A DNA stretch of 63,970 nucleotides, counting the filler, from Octopus bimaculoides (taxonomy: Eukaryota): NCBI RefSeq assembly GCF_001194135.2. It is 6 parts of 6 records of this genome, joined end to end, with 100 filler letters (N's around TTAATTAATTAA, not from the genome) between each part and the next. Parts side by side here need not be neighbours in the genome. Positions count along the whole stretch, not along the records: positions 42,343 to 56,790 come from NC_068990.1; positions 56,891 to 61,653 come from NC_068991.1; positions 61,754 to 63,970 come from NC_068984.1; 3 more parts are not named here. The stretch is one strand, 5' to 3'. Positions 51,541 through 62,989 of the stretch are shown piece after piece. Position 1 is the first letter of the stretch. The number at the start of each line of letters is the position of its first letter. Position numbers and translations under genes: made by a program. Under the pieces are notes generated by a model, which searched no databases, was not told the DNA's origin, and saw nothing but the letters and a program-made list of their open reading frames with translations.

Positions 51541-51879
51541 TGCAATCGGTATAGAGGAGAGGGAAGGGTGGAAAACTATAGCTTTTAGAAGCATCTCTGG
51601 GCTTTTGGAAGTGAGTAATTAATGATTTGACTTCGAAAATCGCTACCAAATCGTGAATATCTATTATAAAATTAATATTTGTTGCTGTCTCTGTTCGTTT
51701 TTAAGACAAACCGAAGACAGCCAGTAGAACTCGCAGCATTGCTGGGCAGTTTAGGGCTCGTTCCAACGAAATGATTAGGTGTTCTGGTTTTCTATATGTT
51801 TGCTCGACTGCAAAAAATAGCCACCAAATCTATAAATCACAGCTTACATTCTTTAACCCTTTGCTTATCCTGTATATTA

Positions 51880-53310
51880 TAAGTGACGCAGGTAGAATTG
51901 CGCTATAAGACTGTCACAATAGCAATGAACAGGTACTTATGTAGTACAGAGGACTGAGCGTTGCGACTTGTGTTCAAACACGAAAGCAGTAAAAAATCAC
52001 ATCCTATTGTCAAGGAAGCTTGCAAATTCGCAAGGAAACTTGGCATTAATCCTGAAATATTTGAAGAACCTGAAACTTCTGCCACAAAACAAGCAAAATG
52101 GATCAAGCAGACTGCAAAAAAGTACGGGCAGAAACAAATTGAGGAGCGGAAGGCGACGAGCTGGCAGAAACGTTAGCACGCCGGGCGAAATGCTTAGCGG
52201 TATTTCGTCTGTCTTTAAGTTCTGAGTTCAAATTCCGCCGAGGTCGACTTTGCCTTTCATCCTTTCGGGGTCGATAAATTAAGTACCAGTTACGCACGGG
52301 GGTCTATCTAATCGACTTAATCCCTTTGTCTGTCCTTGTTTGTCCCTTCTATGTTTATCCCTTTGTGGGCAATAAAGAAATAAGAAACAAATTGAGGAGC
52401 GGTGGAGCCAGAAGCCTCTACAGGGACAGTATGTACTTCGAAGTCGAAAGGCTGATATAGATCAAGCAACAACCCATCAGTGGCTGAGAAGTTCAGGACA
52501 GAAAACAGAGACTGAAGGTTTCATATTGGCGGGAACAAGATCAAAGCTTGCTCTCAAAAAAATACCGTTCTTCAAAACGGTTCTGACCCTAAATACAGAT
52601 TCTGCGACATACTTGACAAAACAATAGACCATTTCGTCTCGAGATGTCCTATGCTGACATCAAACGAATACAAAAATTGCCACGATAGGGTAGGACAATA
52701 TTTACACTGGAAAATATGTAAACACTACAAAATCATCACTCCTGCTTACTGGTAGGAACATCATCCTGAGTCAGTTGTTGAAGGTAAAATTGTCATTATC
52801 CTCTGAACGATCCAGGATAATCGACCAGACATAATTATTAAAGACAGGGAAGAAAATACTTGTAGACTAATAGAGGTAAGTGTACCCACTGATAAAAATA
52901 TATCTGTCAAGGAATATGACAAACTAAGTAAATATAAGGACCTGAAAATTGAAATACAAAAGATGTGGCATCTTAAAACTAGAACTGATTCTGTTATTGT
53001 AGGTGCCTGAGGTGTGATAAAAAAGGCATGTCAGAAACATCTAGATAAGATTGCAGGACAAACATGTCTCAGAGAAATCCAAAAGACTGTACTGACGAAT
53101 ACTGCCCGCATCCTTAGAAAAACCCTATCCATTTAAACGTCTGTGTTGTATTATATGAGGATATTTCGCTACATCCCCTCCCCAAGCTTTCAGTCATACT
53201 GTAACATCTCTTATCCTTCACTCACCCCAGGGACACTGGGTGTGTCTCGGCAAGTGACTGTAACAAACATGCAGATTAAAAGTAAAATAATAACAATAAT
53301 AATAATAATT
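51880..53310 (+). mobile_element. 5'-truncated R4/Dong-like LINE (post-RT, CCHC, RLE, 3'UTR, (TAA)n)
   Basis: WSQKPLQGQY..ETEGFI..YRFC..IDHFVSRCP..HDRVGQYLHWKIC..NRPDIIIKD..LIEVSVP..KE..KL.KY.DL..QKTVL.NTARILRKTL, stop at 53134-53136. Confidence 0.9.
52150..52382 (+). mobile_element. SINE family C1, full length, nested in the LINE with a 20-bp TSD
   Basis: TSD agaaacaaattgaggagcgg at 52130-52149 and 52383-52402. Confidence 0.95.
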
Positions 53311-53319
53311 CTTTTTACT

Positions 53320-53477
53320 ATAGATACAAAATCTGAAACTTTGTAGGATGGGGCAAGTCGATCACTTTGACCCCAGTACTTGACTAGTATTTAATTTATT
53401 GACCCCGAAAGGATGAAAAGCAAAGTCGACCTCGGCGGAATTTGAACTCAGAATCTAAAGACGAATGAAATACCACT
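53320..53477 (-). mobile_element. SINE family C2 fragment
   Basis: Collinear with family C and runs into a gap. Confidence 0.85.
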
Positions 53478-54124
53478 NNNNNNNNNNNNNNNNNNNNNNN
53501 NNNNNNNNNNNNNNNNNNNNNNNNNNNNNNNNNNNNNNNNNNNNNNNNNNNNNNNNNNNNNNNNNNNNNNNNNNNNNNNNNNNNNNNNNNNNNNNNNNNN
53601 NNNNNNNNNNNNNNNNNNNNNNNNNNNNNNNNNNNNNNNNNNNNNNNNNNNNNNNNNNNNNNNNNNNNNNNNNNNNNNNNNNNNNNNNNNNNNNNNNNNN
53701 NNNNNNNNNNNNNNNNNNNNNNNNNNNNNNNNNNNNNNNNNNNNNNNNNNNNNNNNNNNNNNNNNNNNNNNNNNNAGGAGGAGGAGGAGGAGGGGGGATA
53801 GAGATATAGAAGTTAAAAAGTTAATTTTTCCGACAGTTTTTATTAACACTTAATCCATGTCACCTCATGGAGCACTCAATATTGTAGAGACAGAGAGGGA
53901 GCGAGAAAGAAAGAAAGAAAGCAAGAAGGAGAGGAAGGGGACTGTGGAAGGAAAAAGAAGGGAGTGAGGGAGGAAGCGAAGGAGGCATGTCAGTAAGGAA
54001 TGTTTATTAATAGGGTTATTAATACAGTAGACATGAAGTGCATGGGACGGCGAAGTGGACGGGGGTGGGTTTAGTGTGCTTATACAGGTGTTGGTGTGAG
54101 TGATGCATTATGGCACATAACTGC

Positions 54125-54172
<48 letters not shown>

Positions 54173-54774
54173 GGTGGTGGTGGTGGTAGTGGTGGTGGTG
54201 CGATGGCGGTGGTGGTGAAATGGGGAGGTTTTCGGTAGCAGGGAATATTGCTGCTTTGTCACGGTAATAGCGAGGTTATATAATTGTATGGGGTGAACAG
54301 AGAGACTGGTGAGGAAGTGATGGGGTGGTGGGTGTGGTGGAGTGGAATACAGACAGCATGGAGGCAAGGGAGAAGGTACCACACCTAAGAAAATAAACAA
54401 GGTCTTTTTTAATATATAAAGTTCGTTACGCCTCACTCGTTTATTCAACCGTGAATGTTCATGCCAGTCTTCTTACACCCATCCCCTTTATAACCTCTAA
54501 CTACCACTAATCAATAAAGAAATGACTAATTACTTTCAAAGTCAAATTAATTCTTTCTCATTTTGCTTTTTTTGTTTTGTTCTTTTTTTAAAGTTTTTCT
54601 GGGGGCTAGTTTTTATTTTAACGCTTTAATAAATTTGCAAGGATTCTTGTAGAATTATCAGACCCCCATAACGATATTATAAATCATTTTTCATTTCATC
54701 ATTAACAGCAGCAGCACCACCACCGCCGCCTCCACCATCATCATCATGATCATCATTGATGCTATCGTCATCAT

Positions 54775-55865
54775 CTACGTTCTGAGTTCAAATCCCACTT
54801 CTGTCACCTTTACTTCTCATCCTCACTGAGTCGATAAAATAACGCGGAGTACTGGATTTTCCGGCGTGCTAATGGCCCTGTCCGCTCGCCGCATTAACCA
54901 TTACTGAAATTCCGCCGAGGTCGACTTTGCTTTTCATCTTTTCGGGGTCGACAAATTAAGTAGCAGTAAATCACTGTGGTCGATGTAATTTGACTAGTCG
55001 CCTCCCCCAAATTTCAGGCCTTGTGCCTATGTAGAAAAGATTATTATTATTATTGGTTTCAAATTTTGCCACAAGGCCAACAAGTTCGGGGTGGGGGCTG
55101 GTCGATTACGTCGACCCCAGTGATTTACTGGTACTACGTTCAACTGGTACATGTTTTATCAAGTTCAAAAGGTAAAGTCGACCACGGCGGAATCTGAACT
55201 GAGAACGTGAAGACGAACGTAAAACCACTAAGCATTTTGCCCGGTGTGCTAACGATTCTGCTAGCTCACCACCTTAACCATTATTATTATTAATATCATT
55301 AAGGCGGTGAGCTAGCAGAATCGTTAGCACGCTGGACGAAATGCTACGTTCTGAGTTCGAATTCCGCCGAGAATGACTTTGCCTTTTATCCTTTTGAGGT
55401 CGATAAAATAAGTACTAGTTGAACACTGAGAACGATGTAATCGACTTATCCCCTTAATTTGAAATAATAATTATTATTACCATTATTATCAATAGTAGTA
55501 GTAGTAGTAGTAGGGCGACAAGCTGGCAGAATTGTTAGCACGCCTGGCGAAATTAGCGGTATTTCGCCTGTCTTCATGATGTGAATTCAAATTCCGCCTA
55601 GGTCGACTTTGCTTTTCATTCTTCGAGGTCGATAAAATAGGTACCAGTCGAGTATTGTGGTCGATGTAATCAACTACCCTTCTCCCCAAATGCTTAGTGC
55701 TATTTCGTCTGTCTTTACATTCTGAGTTCGAATTCCGCCGAGGTCGACTTTGCCTTTCAACCTTTCGGAGTCGATAAATTAAGTACCAGTTGCGTACTGG
55801 AGTCGATCTAATCGACTGGCCCCACTCCCCAAACATTTCGGGCCTTGTGCCTAGAGGAGAAAAGA
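54775..55865. mobile_element. Cluster of about six SINE family C copies in mixed orientation
   Basis: Copies at about 54775-54900, 54905-55050(+), 55055-55277(-), 55300-55480(+), 55513-55690(+) and 55690-55865(+), with (ATT)/(TAG) linkers. Confidence 0.85.
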
Positions 55866-56204
55866 ATATTGCAAGTGGCAGTCTAGTTTCAAATCCTGTT
55901 GATGTCGTTTCTGCTTTTGGTCGTGAAAAACTTTTAAACAATGTTGACGACGTCTTTATGCCCCCCCCCCCCCNNNNNNNNNNNNNNNNNNNNNNNNNNN
56001 NNNNNNNNNNNNNNNNNNNNNNNNNNNNNNNNNNNNNNNNNNNNNNNNNNNNNNNNNNNNNNNNNNNNNNNNNNNNNNNNNNNNNNNNNNNNNNNCCTGA
56101 CCCCATCTTCGTTCTAAGAAACGGTTATTATTGCAGCATCAGAGATAATCAAGTATCTCTCGTCGTAATTAACGTCGAACACGAGGAGATGAACGACAAC
56201 ACCC

Positions 56205-56312
56205 ATCGCCTCTATCTTCATCCCCGGCGCCGCCACCATCACCGCATCACAACTGCCGCCCCCACCCCTCGACACTGCACCACTGCCAACATCATTACTA
56301 TCATAATCACCC

Positions 56313-56344
<32 letters not shown>

Positions 56345-56790
56345 TCTATTACCGACGCCGCCACCTCCACTACCACGACTACAACCATCGCCATGACCAG
56401 CATCACCAGCGTGACGGCACCACCACTACCACACCCACCATCACTGTTACTGCAACGCCATCATCAACACTGCTATCTTCATCATCATCATCATCATCAT
56501 TATCGACTTCATCACCATCACCATCGCCATCATCATCATCATCATCNNNNNNNNNNATCATCATCATCATCATCATCATCATCAATATCACCAGTAGTGC
56601 CATCGTCACCACACAAACACCACCGCCGCCGTGACCATCTCAACCACTACTACCACACCATTGCCATAACCATCACCAATATTGCTATCATCATCATCAT
56701 CATCATCACCACCGACAAGAACGACTACATTATTCTATATAAATTAACATCAGCATCATCAACATCATCATCATCATCATCAACATCATC
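56205..56790. repeat. (CAT/CAC)n low complexity
   Basis: Trinucleotide tract. Confidence 0.92.
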
Positions 56791-56890
56791 NNNNNNNNNN
56801 NNNNNNNNNNNNNNNNNNNNNNNNNNNNNNNNNNTTAATTAATTAANNNNNNNNNNNNNNNNNNNNNNNNNNNNNNNNNNNNNNNNNNNN
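56791..56890. other. Artificial scaffold-join spacer
   Basis: 44N-TTAATTAATTAA-44N. Confidence 0.95.
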
Positions 56891-57089
56891 AAATACATAA
56901 CAAAAACACCAGGACTTACAAATATATATAACATACAGAAAATTGCACTACTGGGTACTGCACACATTCTACGCAAAACACTTTCAATACAGTAAACATA
57001 AGAGCACCACAGCAAACCACAGCACATACCCAAGTCGCACAGAGCTGCGCTCGGTAGTGAAGTGAAAGCACGTTATAAAAATAAAACTA

Positions 57090-57128
<39 letters not shown>
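56891..57128 (+). mobile_element. 3' end of an R4/Dong-like LINE followed by (TAA)n
   Basis: KYITKTPGLTNIYNIQKIALLGTAHILRKTLSIQ* (stop 56993-56995), a short 3'UTR, then (TAA)n at 57093-57128. Confidence 0.9.
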
Positions 57129-57129
<1 letters not shown>

Positions 57130-57256
57130 GCTTCAAATTTTTGCACCAGGTTAGCCATTTTCGGGGAGGGAATGTGTTGATTACATCTAACCACGTGTTC
57201 GACTGTTACTTAGTTGATCGTCCACACCCCTCATATCTAGCTGGAATCATTGGAAA

Positions 57257-57545
57257 TTTTATTTATTTTTTTTTTCGTTGAATGAATTACAGTGACCTTC
57301 CAAAGTGCCGCAAACTACATTTTTTGGCCAGAAAAGACATGCCATGCTGGCCAGAATGTAAGGAATGGAAAAACGGAGTTTCACTTAACCTCCTGGTGCT
57401 GTTTGCGGTCGAGTGGTTCCCCCATCTTGACTGTTTGGTTGGGTTCTTCGCTGCTGCTAGTGCTACTCCCACTGCCACCTTTACTGTAACACCTGCCTGC
57501 TTTGTTTCCTTGGGTTCAATTTCTTTTTACTATTCCCCTGCCTTT

Positions 57546-57578
<33 letters not shown>

Positions 57579-58870
57579 TTGTCGACTCGTGAGTTGTGGT
57601 GCTTTCGGTTGGACATTTCTTTCTGATACTGTTGGCCGAAAAACCATAAGTAGCCCATTGGACCATAATCGTAGCACCCCGGCCTTCTTCCCTCCTCGTT
57701 CACCCTTAGTTCTACTCCATTCGAAAGGGAAATCAGGTATGGGACTTTCTCTAACTGCTTTGGCTTCACGTGGAGAAGAACCTCTAAGATATTTCCAACC
57801 CAATTCTCCCTCCTCGATATTTTAGCATCCAAGAGATTCTTTTCCCCGTCCGTACAAATACAGGCGAGAATCCACCATAAATCCAAGCCTGGTGGGATAC
57901 CTGACACCGTAATTCGTACCGTCCTTCTTCCCATGTACGTTGGGGGGAGGGCAATTTCCTCAGTGCGATGCGTAGCCACCGAGTTCTGTATCACCTCCCT
58001 CCCCCGTCTTAAAAAGGACTTCACTCGGCTGTACTGCCTCGCTCTCGCAATGTGATAGATATCCTGCCATATATGTTTCGAGGCTTTCCCACGTGGTCGC
58101 GTTTAGCGTTTTCGAATTTCCTTGTTTTTGTGTTCACGTACCTATAGACAGCTGCCCGTTTAGCTATTTCACGTCGCTTGGAGCCGTCAATTCTGCCCTC
58201 CTTCCATTCATTTTCATATATTTTGCTGCCTTGTTTAGTTTTTTATTCTGTTCTCCAATGTGATGTTAACCAATTCCTTAGTTGCCGTGATAAACTCCAT
58301 TTTTGTTAGACTCTTCGCAGCAGCTGTTGTCAATGTTGTTCTTCGTGCTACTACAATTTCCATGTAGTGGGGAAGACTTTACTCCTTCCTTCCTCTCCCT
58401 TTCTTTCTGCTTTTCATCTTCTTTCTTCTTTTCTTGACTCTTCTTCTTCTTCTTCTTCTTCTTCTTCTTCTTCTTCTTCTTCTTCTTCTTCTTCTTCTTC
58501 TTCTTCTTCTTCTTCTTCTTCTTCTTCTTCTTCTTCTTCTTCTTCTTCTTCTTCTTCCTGCTGTCTACTGCCACTGGTGGTAGGGAGAAGGGGAAGTCCT
58601 CGTGAAAATTGCTGCATCACCTTGCTTCTTCACTCCCGCTTTTCGTCACCATCTTCAATATTTACTTTCTTCGAAGCAAATTTTCGAAGAAATTTGAAAA
58701 CAAAAAGGTTCGTATCACTCCCAAAATTTGGTTAACAAACGTCAACGCCCCACCCCCAGAAGGTCAGCTGGCTTGCAAAACGATTTAAACAGCAAAATAC
58801 AGTATAGAACCTTTTAAACAAGTGAATTAGTAATAAACTTACAGCTTTCCAGAAACACATCTCCAGCTAT
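57257..58870 (-). mobile_element. L1/Tx1-like element: decayed ORF1 ending at an A-rich tract
   Basis: NFHEDFP, KRAAVYRYVNTKTRKFE, PTYMGRRTVRITVSGIPP and GRRPGCYDYGPMGY are homologous to ORF1 at 9209. Contains (GAA)n and (AAC)n expansions. Confidence 0.7.
58438..58558. repeat. (TTC)n microsatellite
   Basis: Pure run. Confidence 0.98.
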
Positions 58871-59071
58871 GGCGACAACAACAACAACAACAACAACAAT
58901 AACAACAACAACAACGACAACAACAACAACAACAATCACCATGTCGCACACATATGGTTGTGATGCATGTGCCTGGTGTACCCTTATTAGGGGAGTAGTC
59001 ATGATGGGTATAATGAGATTCGTATATTTTACCCCAGTGTCACTTCGATGGCATGCGTTTCTCTTTCTCTC

Positions 59072-59121
<50 letters not shown>

Positions 59122-59208
59122 AATTCTATATTTAAGAGATGAGGAATTATGTATATTATTTACATTATTTACATTTGACAGATATTTGTCCTCATCTTGT
59201 TTGTTGTT

Positions 59209-59254
59209 AACACAACGTTTCGGCTGATATCCCCTCCAGCCTTCATCAGGTGTC
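59209..59254 (-). ncRNA. Minimal type I hammerhead ribozyme motif
   Basis: GACAC-CUGAUGA-A-GGCUG-loop-CAGCC-GAAAC-GUU-GUGUU. Helix I is GACAC/GUGUU, helix II is 5 bp, and helix III is the palindrome AACGUU. Confidence 0.7.
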
Positions 59255-59285
59255 TTGGGGAAACCCAGGTTCGAAATTTCCCCAA

Positions 59286-59331
59286 GACACCTGATGAAGG
59301 CTAGAGGGTATATCAGCCGAAACGTTGTATT
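59286..59331 (+). ncRNA. Minimal type I hammerhead ribozyme motif (two stem substitutions)
   Basis: GACAC-CUGAUGA-A-GGCUa..CAGCC-GAAAC-GUU-GUaUU. Confidence 0.6.
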
Positions 59332-59571
59332 AACAACAAACAAGATGAGGACAAATATCCGTCAAATGTAAATAATTTAAATCATAAAGGCCCAAGATGT
59401 GGAAGACAATATCGGAGGACGAGTTACAGCACAAAAAGATTACAAAAACATGCGGGGTTAACATCAATCAAGGGAGTAGATCCGTTCAGTCTCCCCAGTC
59501 TTGCCACTGTCGTCTATGTTTTGATAAACACACTAGAAGGTAACACCTTTCTGTCTACCCTCACCTTCCTC

Positions 59572-60775
59572 TTCGATGGTGATTAGACGAGGGAAGTTTG
59601 CCAGGACAGAAGGCACATGGCTACTAAGAGGTGAAATGATGAAGGCAATTCAACCTCAGTCCAGCTAATAAATACCTGGGAGTACTTGAGGTAGATGGAA
59701 TCAAACATCACGACATGAAGAAAAAGACAAAAATAGAGTACCTGCGGCGAGTGAGAAAATAACTGACTTCAAAACTGAATGCCAGAAACATAATTTCGGC
59801 AATAAACTCGTATGCATCCGCAGTAGTTCGTATCCTGAAGTGGATAGAAGAGGAGCTAGAGGAGATGGACAGGAAGTCAAGAAAGCTTCTCACGATGCAT
59901 AGAGCCCACCATCTACGTGCAGTTACTGATCGCCTATACATGAAGAGAGCAAATGGAGGAAGGGGACTCATAAGAGTGGAAGATTGCGTGCGTATCGAAC
60001 TAGGAAGCTTAATGAGATACCTAGCCCAAAGTAAGGAAACTTTGCTAGTGACAGTTAGGAACGAGGGAGAATTGAGAGCAGAAAAAAAGGAAAACAGAGA
60101 AAGAAGTACAAAAAGGACATAAAAAAGAATTACGCAAGAAGGGACTGCACAATCAACTCCATGTAGCCATAACAGACCAATTATTGATAGACAAAATGGT
60201 AATGCAAGATTGTAAAGGAAGGAGAACGAATTTGGGAATGACCTGGATTGACTATAGCAAACCTTATGACATGATTCCACATTCGTGGATTATCGAATGC
60301 TTGGAACTATTTGGAACTGCAAGGAATGTAACGTATTTCCTGAAGAGAAGTATGGTTGGGTAGAAAACTGAGCTGACAGCCTACGAAAAAAGCTTGGGCA
60401 CTCTGGGGCTCAGAAGAGGAATTTTTCAGGGAAATAGCTTATCTCTATTGCTTTTTGTTCTTTGCATGATTCCTCTGACTTTTGGTACTTAGGAAAATGA
60501 ACCTTGGATATCAGCTAAAGGGAAAATCTCAAACAATCAATCACTTCATCTTCATGGACGATTTGAAGCTGTATAAAATGGAAGAGGTACAAGTCAGTTT
60601 CTTGGACAACGCACTCAACTGTTTTAGCGCTGACATTAGAATGGAATTCAGACTCCAGAAGTGTGGTATAATGTACCTGAAAAGAGGCAAGGTACAATCC
60701 CTAGCAGGGACAGAAGTACCTAATAGAGAAACGATAAAACAAATTGAAATAGAACGCTAAAAATACTACGACTAC
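59572..60775 (+). pseudogene. R4/Dong-like reverse-transcriptase relics (post-RT segment followed by RT core)
   Basis: KYLGVLE..LNARNIISAINSYA..DRLYMKRANGGRGL, then DQLLIDK..WIDYSKPYDMIPHSWI..RRGIFQGNSLS..FMDDLKLY..MEFRLQKC. Confidence 0.88.
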
Positions 60776-61653
60776 AAGTAATAGTAGTAGTAGTGTACAA
60801 GTTTCGCTTACAGCTTCAAAACTACACCCAATTCAATCGGCATCTATCTACCAGTACAGATGGTAAAGTCCAGCAGAAGAGTGTGACATGTTTCGAGTGG
60901 TATTCATGCCAGTATTTAGGAAGGGGAACGTCATAATGACGACAGATGTTTTAATGTAGGTACTATCCTATTCGGTCATGTCCAGGTTTGTACTCGGATG
61001 TTACGTGTTTAGAGCAGACAGCCACAATGTTGTCGATGTAGCTTATAGTCTACAATTTGGCTCAGCACATTGTGGAGAGCGTTTGCTTAACAGTTTATGA
61101 GTAGAGATCGATCCTTGGTTACCTTTAATATCACTTTCAGTTTCTGACTTGTGATATAAACTTCGCAAATAGTAGTAGTAGTAGTAGTAGCGTACAAGTT
61201 TCACTTTCAATTTCACAGCCACACCTAATTTTTACTGCTATTTAGCAGTGGTGGTGGCGGCGGCGGTGGTGATAGTGGTAGTGATGGTATTGGCAGTGGT
61301 GGTAGTGTTAGTAACGGTTGTTGGGTTTACTTTTAAACCAACTTTTGAAATAGCAACACTGTTTATTCCATTGTCTTGCTACCAACCACGGAGACACTTT
61401 TAGATCGGTTAAATTACTTGTGGCATCCGACATCCAAATGCCAATGCGACTGAGATCTTTCAAATCAAATATTAGAAATATCGTACTGAACATATCTGAT
61501 TGATTTATATTTCTACTCCACATTTCAAAACCAACACACGCAGCAACATCAACAGGACCACCACCAGCAAAACAAAAGCAACATAAACGGCAATCCAAAA
61601 AGTAAGTTAGATATTTTCCTGATAATTTAATAATGGTCGACTCAAATGTTAGA

Positions 61654-61753
61654 NNNNNNNNNNNNNNNNNNNNNNNNNNNNNNNNNNNNNNNNNNNNTTA
61701 ATTAATTAANNNNNNNNNNNNNNNNNNNNNNNNNNNNNNNNNNNNNNNNNNNN
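61654..61753. other. Artificial scaffold-join spacer
   Basis: 44N-TTAATTAATTAA-44N. Confidence 0.95.
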
Positions 61754-61911
61754 AAAGAGCTGGAACAGCAACCCCCAGTGGGCGTAGCTAGAGTCTGTTC
61801 TGCCCGGAAGCAGCCCTTGCGTTTGTTCCCCACGTCCCTTATAAGGCTTGGCCAATATTTTAGCGCATGCCCAAAAGACTAAATGAATTAGTCTGTCAAC
61901 TACTCTTTTTC

Positions 61912-62040
61912 AAGAAGAAGAAGAAGAAGAAGAAGAGGAGGAGGAAGAGGAGGAAGAGGAGGAGGAGGAGGAAGAGGAGAAGAAGAGGAGGAGGAGGAGG
62001 AGAAGAAGAAGAAGAAGTAGAAGAAGAAGAAGAAGAAGAA
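61912..62040. repeat. (AAG/GAG)n tract
   Basis: Trinucleotide repeat. Confidence 0.95.
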
Positions 62041-62798
62041 ATTGTTTCAGACCATAAAGTCCAAGAAACCCCAAAACATATATTCCCGTTTGGATTTTAT
62101 TAATTTAACCCTTAGGTTCTGAGAGAAAATACATCAACCATAATATATGGGATAATTCCTAGAATGGAAAGATACAGAAACTTGAAATACTTACGGTTTA
62201 TAGTTATCCTGCTAAGAGCCACTATCGTAGCTTTCCATAAGGTTGAAGGCATGATCATAGATTTAAATAAACTCAAGTTTTAATCGAACATAACTTCCGA
62301 TTAGTTAGACCTGCCCGCTTAATATTTTCTCCACAAATAGTTGACTTTGTTATAAAGATTTTGTTCTATTGATAGTATCAAAAAAACTCTTTGTACTTGT
62401 GTCGACGCCCCCAGACGATGAAGTAGGCTAGCCCAATACGTAGATATAGAAGGAGAAGTCGAGACATCGGGGTAGTTGAGTAGAGGTCATCCGAACGTGC
62501 GATATAACAGTACTCACTTTAGATTAAAATATATTAAAATTGGAATTTATAAGAATTTTCTAGACGTTCTAGATTTAAATAGTTACTTTCTTTGAGTAAA
62601 AGTTACTTAATTCCAACTAAATAATAAGCAGCTTTCTTTGTTATAGTACAGATGCTGCCTCTATGTGTTTTATTTTTATTACAGTATGAAATTGACACTT
62701 TTTTGTACAATATAATTTTGTTACTGCTTACATCAAGTCAATATCAGCACTTGTTCTCAGATCGCGATCATACAACTACCGAAAGTAACACACACACA

Positions 62799-62830
<32 letters not shown>

Positions 62831-62989
62831 TACACACTCACACACATACACACACACACTCACACACACACACACACACACACTCTCTCACACACACACA
62901 CACACACACAAACACACAACACACACACACTTTATTCTTGATAGATTTTTAAATAATTTTACATTTTTTGAAGAATGTCTGATACCAGT

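Larger units (their letters stand above)
59130..59376. mobile_element. Fold-back (inverted duplication) of a Penelope-type terminal repeat
   Basis: Arms 59164-59263 and 59277-59376 have 4 mismatches in 100 bp, with a 13-nt loop. Confidence 0.85.

Noticed and set aside
60780-61250. Weak direct repeat (GTA)n-GTACAAGTTTC at about 60790 and 61185
   Set aside because: It is short, anchored on a microsatellite and diverged, so no element boundaries can be defined.
61300-61607. Exon ending at the GTAAGT donor (61602)
   Set aside because: It is a lone donor motif with no convincing acceptor or coding frame.
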